From positions 352,001 through 416,000 of the forward strand of contig CAVZRV010000030.1 in NCBI GenBank assembly GCA_963777605.1: DNA of 64,000 bases, given 5' to 3'. The DNA comes from an uncultured Acidobacteriota bacterium (GTDB lineage: Bacteria > Acidobacteriota > UBA6911 > RPQK01 > JAPXNP01). The notes under the pieces were generated by a model. The model was not told where the DNA came from. It saw only the letters and a list, made by a program, of their open reading frames with translations, and did no database searches. Positions 21,893 through 31,644 of the stretch are shown piece after piece; the stretch's first letter is position 1; every line of letters begins with the position of its first letter. A program made the position numbers and the translations under genes.

Positions 21893-23082
21893 GACCACTT
21901 TCAGTCCGATCATCAACTGGAACTCTTCAGGTGCGCGAGTGGAACATCGTCCGATTCCTGCTGGTGCTCCTTTTGGCTGGGGGGGGGCTCCTGCCGGTTC
22001 TGGGCGCGGTCTCGGCGTGGAGAGTACCGGATGACGCTTTCCCGTGGAAGTTTCCGGAGGACCACTGGGCCCACCGGGACTTCCGTATCGAGTGGTGGTA
22101 CTTCACTGGCCACCTGCTCGAATCGAAGTCCACGAACCCAAGGTTCGGCTACCAGTTCACCATCTTTCGCATCGGACTGAGCCCGACGGTTGCCGCTCAG
22201 GACTCCGACTGGTCTTCGGGACAGTTGCTGATGGGGCACGCGGCGGTATCCGATCTGGAAAGAAAGAAGCACCGATTTGCCGAACTCGTTTACCGGGAAC
22301 ATCCTGCGTTGGCAGGATTCGGAGAGTCGCTTCGGAACCCGGTTGCCTGGTCGATCGGCCCGCCTGGGACCGCCGGACGCTGGGAGCTCAGCTGGACGGA
22401 GGACGGCTTCAGCTTTTCCTCCGAGGCCGGCAAGGACTTCGGTTTCTCGCTCGAGACTCGACCCGCGACCGGTCCCGTCCTCGAAGGGCCCGGCGGCTTA
22501 AGCCAGAAATCGACTGAGCCCGGGGCGGCCAGCCTCTACTACAGCTTCCCGCGCCTGGAGACCTCGGGGACGGTGCGTCTCGGTGACGAGGAGTTCACGG
22601 TGACGGGGGAGTCATGGATGGACAAGGAATTCAGTTCCGCCTTCCTCTCGAAGCAGCAGTCCGGTTGGGACTGGTTTAGCCTCCGGATGGAAGACGGGCG
22701 AAGCCTCATGCTGTACCAGCTCCGACGCGAGTCGGGAGCGGTTGATTTCCGGGGTGGAACACTGATCGGGACCGGCGGAGAAGTCCACTACCTTGGAACG
22801 GGAGCCTGGGAAGCTGAGATCGAATCGTGGTGGACGAGCCCGGAAACCGGAGGCCGCTATCCGGTGGCCTGGAGGGTGCGGTTGCCTGAACAGGCGCTCG
22901 ATCTCAGGGTCGAGTCCGATTTTGCCCAGCAGGAGAATGTCTCGAAGATGATCCCGTCGCTCGCTTACTGGGAGGGTTCGGTACGGGTCTCCGAAGCGGG
23001 GAGGCTCGTGGGCCGGGGGTACCTGGAAATGACCGGATACGTCCCCGGAGGACGCCTTCCAGTCCGCCTCGGCCAGGAGTGA
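21889..23082 (+). CDS. AttH / carotenoid 1,2-hydratase-like lipocalin protein
   Basis: FPEDH.AH.DF.IEWWYFTG, YYSFP, WMD.EFSS, GWDWFS, YWEG, GYLEMTGY. GTGA overlap with the permease. Confidence 0.88.
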   Translation: MRPLSVRSSTGTLQVREWNIVRFLLVLLLAGGGLLPVLGAVSAWRVPDDAFPWKFPEDHWAHRDFRIEWWYFTGHLLESKSTNPRFGYQFTIFRIGLSPTVAAQDSDWSSGQLLMGHAAVSDLERKKHRFAELVYREHPALAGFGESLRNPVAWSIGPPGTAGRWELSWTEDGFSFSSEAGKDFGFSLETRPATGPVLEGPGGLSQKSTEPGAASLYYSFPRLETSGTVRLGDEEFTVTGESWMDKEFSSAFLSKQQSGWDWFSLRMEDGRSLMLYQLRRESGAVDFRGGTLIGTGGEVHYLGTGAWEAEIESWWTSPETGGRYPVAWRVRLPEQALDLRVESDFAQQENVSKMIPSLAYWEGSVRVSEAGRLVGRGYLEMTGYVPGGRLPVRLGQE

Positions 23083-23259
23083 ACTCCTGGGCAAGCCTGA
23101 AACTTCATCCCTGGCATGGGTTGGAAGACCTGGAAGGATTGCAGGTTCGGATCGAGGCAGCGGTGAGCGGCAAAGCGCCAGGTAGACGATTGTCGGCTCG
23201 ATGCTGGTTCGTGGTCTGGTATCAGACGTGAAGGGGCGATGACCCGGGAATCTGGGCCG

Positions 23260-23458
23260 GGCCCTGAAAGGGCCAGGTTTCAGCCCAGGCATTTGCCTGG
23301 GTCTGGGTTCGCCTGGTTAGAACAATTTAGCCCTGTAGGGGCGGCACACCTCTGCAAGCGAGAATAATTAGGCGCGACCTTACAGGCCGCGATCGCGGTG
23401 CCGGGACGACAAACCCAGGGCAAGCCCTGGGCTGAAATCGGCGGCGCCTACAGCGCCG
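23260..23458. repeat. Palindromic REP/MITE-like element between convergent genes
   Basis: GGCCCTGAAAGGGCC hairpin; TTTCAGCCCAGGC..GCCTGGG inverted against CCCAGGGCAAGCCCTGGGCTGAAA. Confidence 0.6.
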
Positions 23459-23522
23459 TGGACGTCTGTCCACTTTCACTGTCTGAATGGTCCGGCGGCC
23501 GCCGGGGGCAAGCCTGACTTGT

Positions 23523-24545
23523 CTAAAGCCGTGCGATCACCGAGTCCGCGAACGCCATGGTGCCCAGATCTCCGCCCAGGTCGCGCGTCTTGCAGCCGTC
23601 GGCCAGGGCCTGGTTATAGGCGGCCTTGATTCGGTCTCCAACCTGGCGAAGCTCCGGTTTCCCCTGCTGATCCGACATGTAGTTGGCCATCGTGACCGCC
23701 GACATCAGCAGGGCCAGGGGATTGGCCAGGCCTTTTCCGGCGATGTCCGGGGCCGACCCGTGAACGGCTTCGAAGATCGCCACGTTCTCGCCGATATTGG
23801 CACCGGGGACCACGCCGAGCCCGCCGACCAGACCCGCACAGAGGTCACTGACCACGTCACCGTAGAGATTCTCCAGCAGGAGCATGTCGAACTGGCCCGG
23901 GTCCTGAACCAGTTTCATGCAGCCGGCGTCGATGATGACCTCTTCGTACTCGATGTTGGGGTAGTCCACGCGGTGAACTTCTGCCGCACAACCGATGAAG
24001 AGGCCGTCGGTCATCTTCATGATATTCGCCTTGTGGAAGACGCTGATCTTCTTCCGGCGGCGCTGGGTGGCATAGCGGAACGCCCAGTGGGCGATGCGGC
24101 GGCAGGAATGCTCGGTGGCGACCTTCATGCTCATGACCACACCCGGCGTAACCTCGTTTTCCACCCCGCTGTAGAGACCTTCCGTGTTCTCCCGGATGAT
24201 GATCAGGTCGATATCCTTGAACCGCGTCTCGACGCCCGGCAGGCTCCGCACCGGGCGAACCGCGGCATAGAGGTCCAGTTTCTTGCGAAGTCCCACGTTG
24301 ACCGAAGTAAACCCTTTGCCGACCGGCGTGGTGCAGGGACCTTTGAGTCCGATGCCATACTGGCGGACCGCGTCTACAGTGGATTCGGGCAGCACGCTGT
24401 CCCCTTCCGCCAAAGCTGCGATCCCGGCTTTATGTTCGATCCAGCGAATACCTGAATCAGCCGCCGCGAAGATCTTTTTTACTGCCTCGGTGATTTCGGG
24501 GCCGATTCCATCCCCGGGAATTAGTACCACGTCGTTTGAATTCAT
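23523..24545 (-). CDS. NAD-dependent isocitrate dehydrogenase (isocitrate/isopropylmalate DH family)
   Basis: IPGDGIGPEI, RENTEGLY, HKANIMK, ENLYGD, FEAVHGSAPDIAG. Confidence 0.9.
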   Translation of the reverse strand: MNSNDVVLIPGDGIGPEITEAVKKIFAAADSGIRWIEHKAGIAALAEGDSVLPESTVDAVRQYGIGLKGPCTTPVGKGFTSVNVGLRKKLDLYAAVRPVRSLPGVETRFKDIDLIIIRENTEGLYSGVENEVTPGVVMSMKVATEHSCRRIAHWAFRYATQRRRKKISVFHKANIMKMTDGLFIGCAAEVHRVDYPNIEYEEVIIDAGCMKLVQDPGQFDMLLLENLYGDVVSDLCAGLVGGLGVVPGANIGENVAIFEAVHGSAPDIAGKGLANPLALLMSAVTMANYMSDQQGKPELRQVGDRIKAAYNQALADGCKTRDLGGDLGTMAFADSVIARL

Positions 24546-24665
24546 GATTCCCCCAAACTGATGCGGACATTATAACTTAGCCTGGTGGTGCTGGCTTCCG
24601 GCTCACGGTGACGGAAATTTCGGGAGTTGACCTTCGTCTTCTTCCATCTTATGGAATAGGGGTAC

Positions 24666-27119
24666 ATGAAAAACCAAGATCACATTGAAGAAGAACAAGT
24701 TGACGCCGTTGATCCCGTGGATGAGACAGGCCAAGAGGAGTCCGAGGCAACCCCGGAGGCTGAAGACGGGGGACAACTGGTCCTGGCCGGCGAGATCCTT
24801 CCCGAGTCCATAGCGATTCTCCCGGTGCGCCCGCGACCCTTTTTCCCGGGAATACACATTCCACTGCAGGTTTCCCAGGAGCACGTGGCTTCAATCGAAA
24901 GTGCCCTCGAGACCTCACATCGCACCGTCGGATTGGTTCTGGCGCGCGACTTCACTCGTTCGGAAAAGCCAGAAAACCTTTATTCAGTGGGAGTTGCGGC
25001 CCGGATCCTGAAAGCGTTTAGACAGGAAGATGGGTCAGTCAGCATCCTGGTCGGCTGCCTCGAGCGGTTCGAGATCGAGAAGATCCACCTGGTCGATGGT
25101 CAGTTTTTCGCTCACGTGGCCTATCATTATGCGACCGAGCTCTCTGTCAACCAGGAGTTGAAAGCCTACTCGCTGGCGATCATTTCGGTCCTCAAAGAGC
25201 TGATGAAGCTGAACCCTCTCCAGGAGGAGTCCATCCGGATGTTCCTGAGCCGATCCTCCTTCGAGGATCCCGGCCAACTGGCCGATTTCGCCGCCAACCT
25301 GACGACGGCCGACGGCCCCGAACTGCAGGAAGTCCTGGAAGAATTCGACGTCCGTCACCGGATCGACAAGACTTTGGTGCTGCTGCGCAAGGAACTGGAG
25401 GTTTCCAGGATCCAGCAGAAGATCACCAAGCAGATCGAAGAGAAGATGACGAGCCAGCAGCGGGAATTCTTCCTCAAGGAACAGCTCAAGGCGATCAAGA
25501 AAGAGCTGGGCCTGGAGAAGGACGGGAAATCGGCCGAGATGGACAAGTTCCTGGAACGGCTCCGCACGCTGAAGCTGAACGAGGAGGCGCGTCAGGCGGT
25601 GGAAGAGGAGATGGAGAAGCTCCAGGTCCTGGAGCCGGCGTCGCCGGAGTACACCGTAACCCGCAACTATCTTGACTGGCTCACTATTCTCCCCTGGGGG
25701 CGGTTCAGCAAGGACGCCTTTGGCTTGCGCCGCGCCCGCCGGATCCTTGACCGGGAGCACTACGGCCTGCAGGACGTCAAAGACCGTATTCTGGAGTTCA
25801 TCGCCGTCGGGCGCATGAAGGGTGATATTGCCGGGTCGATCATCTGTCTGGTGGGTCCTCCCGGAGTGGGAAAGACTTCCGTCGGGAAGAGCATTGCCCA
25901 CGCCCTTGCTCGCAAGTTCTACCGATTCTCGCTGGGCGGGATGCGTGACGAAGCCGAGATCAAGGGCCACCGGCGGACCTACATCGGAGCCATGCCGGGC
26001 AAGTTCATCCAGGCGATGAAGACCGCCGGCACCGCGAACCCGGTGATCATGCTTGACGAAATCGACAAGATCGGCGCTTCTTTCCAGGGCGATCCGGCTT
26101 CGGCTCTGCTGGAAGTACTCGACCCCGAGCAGAACATGACTTTTCGTGACCACTACCTGGACGTTCCATTCGACCTTTCGGATGTCCTCTTCGTGACGAC
26201 GGCCAACCAGCTCGACACAATTCCGGCACCCCTGCTCGACCGGATGGAAGTAATTCGGCTCTCGGGCTACATCATGGAGGAAAAGGTCGAGATCGCGAGG
26301 CGTTACCTGATCCCTAAAGCTCTCGAGCGGCACGGTCTGGATTCTTCCCATGTTACGGTCACCCGGAAGGCACTCGTTCGCATGATCGAGGGATGGGCGC
26401 GCGAAGCCGGCGTTCGCGGACTGGAGAACCTGATCCGGAAGATCCTGCGCAAAGTCGCTCTTGAGATTTCTGAAGGACGAAAGGCGAAGGTCAATGTCAC
26501 TCCGAGGAGGCTGGAATCGTTTCTGGGCAATCCGGTGTTCAACGACGAAGAACCGGCCGAACCCAAGCCCGGGGTCGTCAACGGGTTAGCCTGGACCAGC
26601 ATGGGCGGCGCCACCCTGCAGATCGAGGCGGCGGCGATTGCCAGTGAGCGGAAGGGATTCAAGCAGACCGGGCAGCTCGGCCAGGTGATGGTTGAGAGCT
26701 CCGAGATCGCTTTTACCTACATCATGGCTCACCTGGCGGACTACGGAGTCGAGGCCGATTTCTTCGATCACCACTTCGTCCACCTCCACGTGCCGGCGGG
26801 CGCGACTCCGAAGGACGGTCCTTCGGCCGGCGTGACGATGGCAACCGCGCTGCTTTCGATGGTCCAGGGCAAGCCGGTCGTCCCCGACATCGGAATGACC
26901 GGCGAGTTGACTCTGACGGGCCGAGTGCTGCCCATCGGCGGCGTTCGCGAAAAGGTGATCGCTGCCCGGCGAGCCCGACTGAAGATGCTGATTTTTCCCG
27001 AGGCGAACCGAAAGGACGTGGAAGAATTGCCCGATTACCTGGGGAAGGGAATCACGATTCATTTCGCGAAGGATTTCGGCCAGGTCTACCGGTGGGCATT
27101 CGATTCGGTGGTACATTGA
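24666..27119 (+). CDS. lon: ATP-dependent protease La
   Basis: LON N-domain, GPPGVGKTS, HRRTYIGAMPG, PKDGPSAG, IGGVREK. Confidence 0.97.
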   Translation: MKNQDHIEEEQVDAVDPVDETGQEESEATPEAEDGGQLVLAGEILPESIAILPVRPRPFFPGIHIPLQVSQEHVASIESALETSHRTVGLVLARDFTRSEKPENLYSVGVAARILKAFRQEDGSVSILVGCLERFEIEKIHLVDGQFFAHVAYHYATELSVNQELKAYSLAIISVLKELMKLNPLQEESIRMFLSRSSFEDPGQLADFAANLTTADGPELQEVLEEFDVRHRIDKTLVLLRKELEVSRIQQKITKQIEEKMTSQQREFFLKEQLKAIKKELGLEKDGKSAEMDKFLERLRTLKLNEEARQAVEEEMEKLQVLEPASPEYTVTRNYLDWLTILPWGRFSKDAFGLRRARRILDREHYGLQDVKDRILEFIAVGRMKGDIAGSIICLVGPPGVGKTSVGKSIAHALARKFYRFSLGGMRDEAEIKGHRRTYIGAMPGKFIQAMKTAGTANPVIMLDEIDKIGASFQGDPASALLEVLDPEQNMTFRDHYLDVPFDLSDVLFVTTANQLDTIPAPLLDRMEVIRLSGYIMEEKVEIARRYLIPKALERHGLDSSHVTVTRKALVRMIEGWAREAGVRGLENLIRKILRKVALEISEGRKAKVNVTPRRLESFLGNPVFNDEEPAEPKPGVVNGLAWTSMGGATLQIEAAAIASERKGFKQTGQLGQVMVESSEIAFTYIMAHLADYGVEADFFDHHFVHLHVPAGATPKDGPSAGVTMATALLSMVQGKPVVPDIGMTGELTLTGRVLPIGGVREKVIAARRARLKMLIFPEANRKDVEELPDYLGKGITIHFAKDFGQVYRWAFDSVVH

Positions 27120-27125
27120 GAAGTT

Positions 27126-28148
27126 ATGGTGAAATTGCAGTCTGAACGCCTTCCAGAGTCCCGCTGGATGTTTTGGGTTCTCTGGATGGCAGCGCTGTCC
27201 AATTTCGTGTTCGGCGCCCTGCTCTCCGTGTTCACTGGGAATGCCTTCCGGATGCTCGGCGTCGAGTCCCCGGTGGTGTCTCTGGTCTGGGAAGTCGTCG
27301 GGGTTGCGGTGGCAATTTACGGAGTTGCTTACGCGGTCGCCGCGTTCGACCCTGCCCGCTACTGGCGCCTGGTTCTGATCGGCCTGGTTTCGAATGTGGC
27401 CGGGCTCGCTGTTTTTCTGTATGCGGCCGTCTTCCACGGTTTTCCCTGGAAGTTCGGCTGGCTGGTCTTGCTGGTTGACGGAATCTGGCTGGTCCCGTTC
27501 GGGGCCATCCTGCATTACACCTATCAGCGTTTCCGAACGGAGCGGTCCGCCGCCTACGGTTCGATCCGGGAGGCTCTTTGCGTATACCGGAACGGCGACG
27601 GAGAGGATCTCCTGACTCTCTCCTCGCGGGGCCCTCTACTGATCGTTTTTCTGCGGCACGCGGGGTGTACGTTCTGCCGCGAGGCGATGGGAGACCTGGC
27701 CGCGGTCAAGCGCCGCATCGACGAACGAGGCACCGAGTTGGTGGTGGTCCAGATGGGTTCGGCCCGCGAGGGTGCGGAACTGGCACAGCGGTTCGGCCTG
27801 CGCCCCGGACAGGCGGTCAGCGATCCGTCCCGGCGCCTTTACCACACCTTCGAACTCCGGAGAGGCTCCCTCTGGGAGTTGATCAACCCGAAAGTGATAT
27901 TCCGTGGTTTCACGGCCGCTTTTCTGAAAGGGTACGGGATGGGGAAGGTTCGGGGGGACAGCACCCAGATGCCCGGCGTCTTCCTGGTTCGGGACGGGAA
28001 AGTGGTCCGAGAATACCGTCACCATTCGGTAGCCGATCGCCCCGATTATATTGCCCTGGCCTCCCTGAGTGCGGAAAACCCGGCAGGCGGAGCGGGCGCC
28101 GGGGACACGGCGGACTCGAGCCTGGTCGGATTCCGCACGAATTCGTGA
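27126..28148 (+). CDS. Membrane protein with C-terminal peroxiredoxin-like (AhpC-TSA_2/SelL-related) domain
   Basis: Four N-terminal TM helices, then LRHAGCTFCRE and QMPGVF. Confidence 0.8.
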   Translation: MVKLQSERLPESRWMFWVLWMAALSNFVFGALLSVFTGNAFRMLGVESPVVSLVWEVVGVAVAIYGVAYAVAAFDPARYWRLVLIGLVSNVAGLAVFLYAAVFHGFPWKFGWLVLLVDGIWLVPFGAILHYTYQRFRTERSAAYGSIREALCVYRNGDGEDLLTLSSRGPLLIVFLRHAGCTFCREAMGDLAAVKRRIDERGTELVVVQMGSAREGAELAQRFGLRPGQAVSDPSRRLYHTFELRRGSLWELINPKVIFRGFTAAFLKGYGMGKVRGDSTQMPGVFLVRDGKVVREYRHHSVADRPDYIALASLSAENPAGGAGAGDTADSSLVGFRTNS

Positions 28149-28339
28149 GATTGCAGCAGTTTGGGTGGCTTGGAGAACTGGATGAATTGGCTTTTTGGTG
28201 CCCGGGGGAGGGGCGACTTTGAAAGCATGTCGCTGCTCGCAGAGCCGGGGGTAAGGCGAAGCCGCCCCCCGGGCTCCGGCATTCTGCATTGAAGAGAATT
28301 TCGCAGTTTCCCTTGCACTGACAAATCGCTCCGGCGACT

Positions 28340-28369
28340 TTGCCTGCGGACCGGAACTTCAGGTATAAT
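28340..28369 (+). promoter_or_regulatory. Sigma70-like promoter of tRNA-Arg
   Basis: TTGCCT-18 nt-TATAAT, 17 nt upstream of the tRNA. Confidence 0.65.
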
Positions 28370-28386
28370 CCCCTTTCGTTTTGAGT

Positions 28387-28463
28387 GCGCCCGTAGCTCA
28401 GCTGGATAGAGCGCCGGTCTACGAAACCGAAGGTCGCCCGTTCGAATCGGGCCGGGCGCGCCA
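28387..28463 (+). tRNA. tRNA-Arg(ACG)
   Basis: Cloverleaf: GCGCCCG acceptor, GCTC/GAGC D-stem, CT-ACG-AA loop, TTCGAAT T-loop, encoded CCA. Confidence 0.96.
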
Positions 28464-28538
28464 TTTTTTTCAACAGCTTACGACCCGCGTAGCAACGGTG
28501 GCTCGACCCACCTTTCCTGTTTGTGTCCTGCGGGGCCA

Positions 28539-29630
28539 TCATGCGGCCCCTTCCTTCTCTTCTTCCTGCTTCTGCTTGGCACCTTCGATCAGATGCAAAC
28601 CCCGTTGAACCGCCAGCCGGTGTGAGTGGAACGCGTAGAAGCGTTCCGTTGTCGACAGCCGCGAATGTCCGAGCAGCGTCTGAATCGTGTGCTTTTCGAG
28701 GCCCGGAGTGTTCGAGAGCCGGATTCCAAAGGCTGTGCGCATGTCCTTGATACGAAGCCATGAATAGCCTGCGGCTTTGCGGGCCGAATCCCAAGGCTTG
28801 CGACAGTCGAACCAGCGATCCAACGTCTTCGGGTTGTAAAACACGTGCTCACCGACTCTCGGCATTCGGCGGATAGCCTCGCTCGCCGGCTGCGTCAGTG
28901 CGATGTAGCGAAGCTCTCCGGCTTTCGTCTTCGGCAGCACGACCAGGTGATCCTCGAGGAAAACCTGATCGTGCTTCAAAGAGAGTGCCTCTTCCCGTCG
29001 GCAACCCGTCTCATAGAGAAAGCGAAACACCGGCTCGCACTCCGGTCGGAGCTTTGCTAGGGTTTCCTGCAGCGCCTGCTCGAGGATCGGCAGGTACCGA
29101 TCGGCGATCGCCGGCTTGTGCTGCTCGTGGAGCTTGCGCAGGCGCGGAATCGGATTGCGTGAGATGAGCTCCTGCTCGACCGCCCAGTTCAGCATGTGCT
29201 TGAGCACGGCCAAGTCTCGATTGATCGTGGCCGCGCTGAGGCCGTTCCGCATTTTCTTTCTCTCGGAGATGAACACCGTCACATCGAAGGGTGAAAGCTC
29301 CTCGACAGGGATGTGCCCGAGCTGATCCGTCAGCAGGCGCAAGCGACTGAACTTGGTCTGCGGATCACGATTCGCAACGAGAACGTACTGCTCGTAGTAC
29401 ACGTCTGCCAGTTCCTTCAGCGACGAGGTCGGTCCCTCGGTCTTGTTCAGCTCGGCCAGAGCTTCCTTCACTCGACCTTCCAGCCGCGCGATCTTTAGCT
29501 TCAGTTCGGCCGACTGAGCCAATTCCTCGGTCGGATAACGGCGTCTCCACCTTCGATTTCTGTCTCGACGATTTCCGGGCAAATAGATGCTGATCTCCCA
29601 AGACCCGTTGGGGAGTTGTTTAATGCCCAA
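28539..29630 (-). CDS. Tyrosine recombinase / integrase
   Basis: ETGCRREE, KTK, KDMR (HxxR variant), LLGHS, RFY. TTG start with an AGGAGG RBS. Confidence 0.92.
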   Translation of the reverse strand: MGIKQLPNGSWEISIYLPGNRRDRNRRWRRRYPTEELAQSAELKLKIARLEGRVKEALAELNKTEGPTSSLKELADVYYEQYVLVANRDPQTKFSRLRLLTDQLGHIPVEELSPFDVTVFISERKKMRNGLSAATINRDLAVLKHMLNWAVEQELISRNPIPRLRKLHEQHKPAIADRYLPILEQALQETLAKLRPECEPVFRFLYETGCRREEALSLKHDQVFLEDHLVVLPKTKAGELRYIALTQPASEAIRRMPRVGEHVFYNPKTLDRWFDCRKPWDSARKAAGYSWLRIKDMRTAFGIRLSNTPGLEKHTIQTLLGHSRLSTTERFYAFHSHRLAVQRGLHLIEGAKQKQEEEKEGAA

Positions 29631-29934
29631 GGGAGTCCTCCTTTCGGTAGAGTCTAGCCGGGTCTTGAGAAGGCATCTTAAGCGCTCGGCCATCAACCGG
29701 CAAGCTTCCTTTCCGATCAGCCGGCAACTGGGCCATGCGATCGACTGGCAGACTGGGCGGAATTTCCTCGAGATCCTGCCGGAGATCAATCCGGGTCTTA
29801 CCCAACAGCCGAAGGAGGATCCGGTCATCTTTGACGAGTCCCCGATAGAGATGGTTCCCAACGCCCAGAAACTGAGCAGCCCTTCTCTCCCGAAAACCCT
29901 CGGGAACGGCATCCTTGATCATGTCTGGAACCAT
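29620..29934 (-). CDS. Putative excisionase-like HTH protein
   Basis: RAAQFLGVG...LV....I.....GK.RI.L..DLE resembles MerR/HTH_17 Xis; overlaps the integrase start. Confidence 0.55.
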   Translation of the reverse strand: MVPDMIKDAVPEGFRERRAAQFLGVGNHLYRGLVKDDRILLRLLGKTRIDLRQDLEEIPPSLPVDRMAQLPADRKGSLPVDGRALKMPSQDPARLYRKEDSLGH

Positions 29935-30302
29935 CACCAATCGAAGTCTTCCCATCATGAGGTCAAACAAAGAGAGCAACATCCCCGACCACAGAACTCA
30001 ACCGGAGACCGTGGCTTCATGACCTGGCCCCTACCTAACAAGAGAGCTGGAAACCGGAAAACCTCAAAGAGCCGCGGTCCTCAATCGATGCCGAGAAGGA
30101 CGACTCCAACAGTACGGCCATCTCCGATACCCTCCCGCCAGCCTTGAAGTCTCTAGCCGATCACTTGCCGCAATTCGAGATCGAAGGGCTGATCGGCTAG
30201 GGCGGTATGGGGGGGTACTGTCAACTTAACAGGCCATCGCAGACAATCGGAGAATGCCAACCGATCCCAGTTACTCCCGCCACCGGTCTTCACCTCAGAT
30301 CA

Positions 30303-30855
30303 TCAGCTATACCAGCCCCAATTCTTGACCAGCAGGTTGGTGGCATCGGTCTGCCACTGCTCGTTCGGCGCCGTGGTCTTGATCGCGTATTCCGATCCGG
30401 CCGGAAACGTCTTCTGTTCGAGATCTGGAATCAGCGCTTCCGCCTTCAGGATCCGGTAAACGGACGACTCGGAGATCGTAAAGCCGCACTGGTCGGTGAT
30501 GTGGCAACTGACTTCGCGGGACGACCACTCCGGGTAGAGCAGAGCAATTTGCAGAACCTGATCCCGTTCGGCGGGCAGGATCCGGTTCCAGGCTCGCCGT
30601 CTGGACGAAGGCTGATCGTGCAGTCCTGCCCGGCCCCGTCGGCGGAAGTTCGTGCGCCAGCGGTAGTAGGTCGATCGAGGAATGCCCAGCTGCGCCAGGG
30701 TTCGATTAACGGGCACAGAAGCGGCCTCCACCGCCCGCAGGATTTCGAGTTTGATTTCGGCGGTCATCCGTTCGTATCTCCGCCGATTCAGAGGCCCAAA
30801 CTTTTTTTGAGCCGCTGGTTCTCGAGGACCATCTCGGCCACGGCCTGCTTGTGAA
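30303..30855 (-). pseudogene. Truncated IS3-family transposase remnant
   Basis: OrfA tail AEMVLENQRLKKS; OrfB LGIPRSTYYRW...SESSVYRILK...PNEQWQTD, cut before the full DDE domain. Confidence 0.8.
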
Positions 30856-31084
30856 CTTCGTGGTCTCCGTTATCCTGGGCGTTTCGATTGACATAGTCGT
30901 TCGCCATCATCGACCTCCAGTAAGAGTCGACAGTTCGTTTGTGTCGTCTCTTCTGACTCAACGCCGCGCCTTCACGCAGACGCTGCCGCACACCATCACT
31001 CGCCCGCCGACGTGCCGCTCGTTAACGCGTTGGCGGGAATGGTGAATGCTCCAGATGGCAGGGCAAGATCCGCCCAACCTGCAT

Positions 31085-31495
31085 TCAGGCTCTCGTGAAG
31101 ACGTTGCAACCCGCCAGAATGCCCGCCCAGAGCCTTTCCGGCTCGTCCTGGTCCGGAACGTTTTGGGCCAGGTGCCACAGCGTGTGGATCTTTTCGACGC
31201 CGCTGTCGACTGTGTGTTGTCCCGCCCAGGCCGTCAACGACCCGTAGGCCCCAAAATTCACCACAAATGCAATGAGATCGCCTGAGGCAAATCCGCGAAG
31301 TTCGAACTCCTCCGTCGGCGGGGGCAAACCCACATTCGTCTTGTACGTCCCTTCAACGAGGCCGCTAGTCAGAACTTGCAGGGTCATCTCCGACCCAAGG
31401 CCGTTCTTCCATTCCCCCGAGAAGTCGATCGACGGAATCGGTGCCGGTTTGGGCGTAAACCCGCTGATCAAGTTACGGAGTAAAGGTGTGTTCAT
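31085..31495 (-). CDS. Avidin/streptavidin family protein
   Basis: FSGEWKNGLGS, GTY.T, SLTAW.G, TLWHL, W...LAG.N.F.R match the avidin signature. Confidence 0.9.
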   Translation of the reverse strand: MNTPLLRNLISGFTPKPAPIPSIDFSGEWKNGLGSEMTLQVLTSGLVEGTYKTNVGLPPPTEEFELRGFASGDLIAFVVNFGAYGSLTAWAGQHTVDSGVEKIHTLWHLAQNVPDQDEPERLWAGILAGCNVFTRA

Positions 31496-31644
31496 CAGTT
31501 ACCTCCCAATCGGTTGAGCACGTTTGCAGGGGATCTATTCATCAAGCATCGAGCCCAATCGGACTTGAGCAAAATTGTCTTTGAGCCGCACTTCCTTGCC
31601 CAACTGCAGGCATCGGCGCCCTGCCATCTCATGAACTTGCTCGG

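Noticed and set aside
21313-23082. Apparent FtsX-AttH fusion protein (589 aa)
   Set aside because: Explained by an indel near 21840; the natural permease stop and a GTGA overlap are visible at 21889-21892.
31053-31629. 12-bp inverted repeat AGATGGCAGGGC flanking the avidin gene
   Set aside because: A 12-mer match at this range is plausible by chance in 64 kb; no TSD or IS-like ends.
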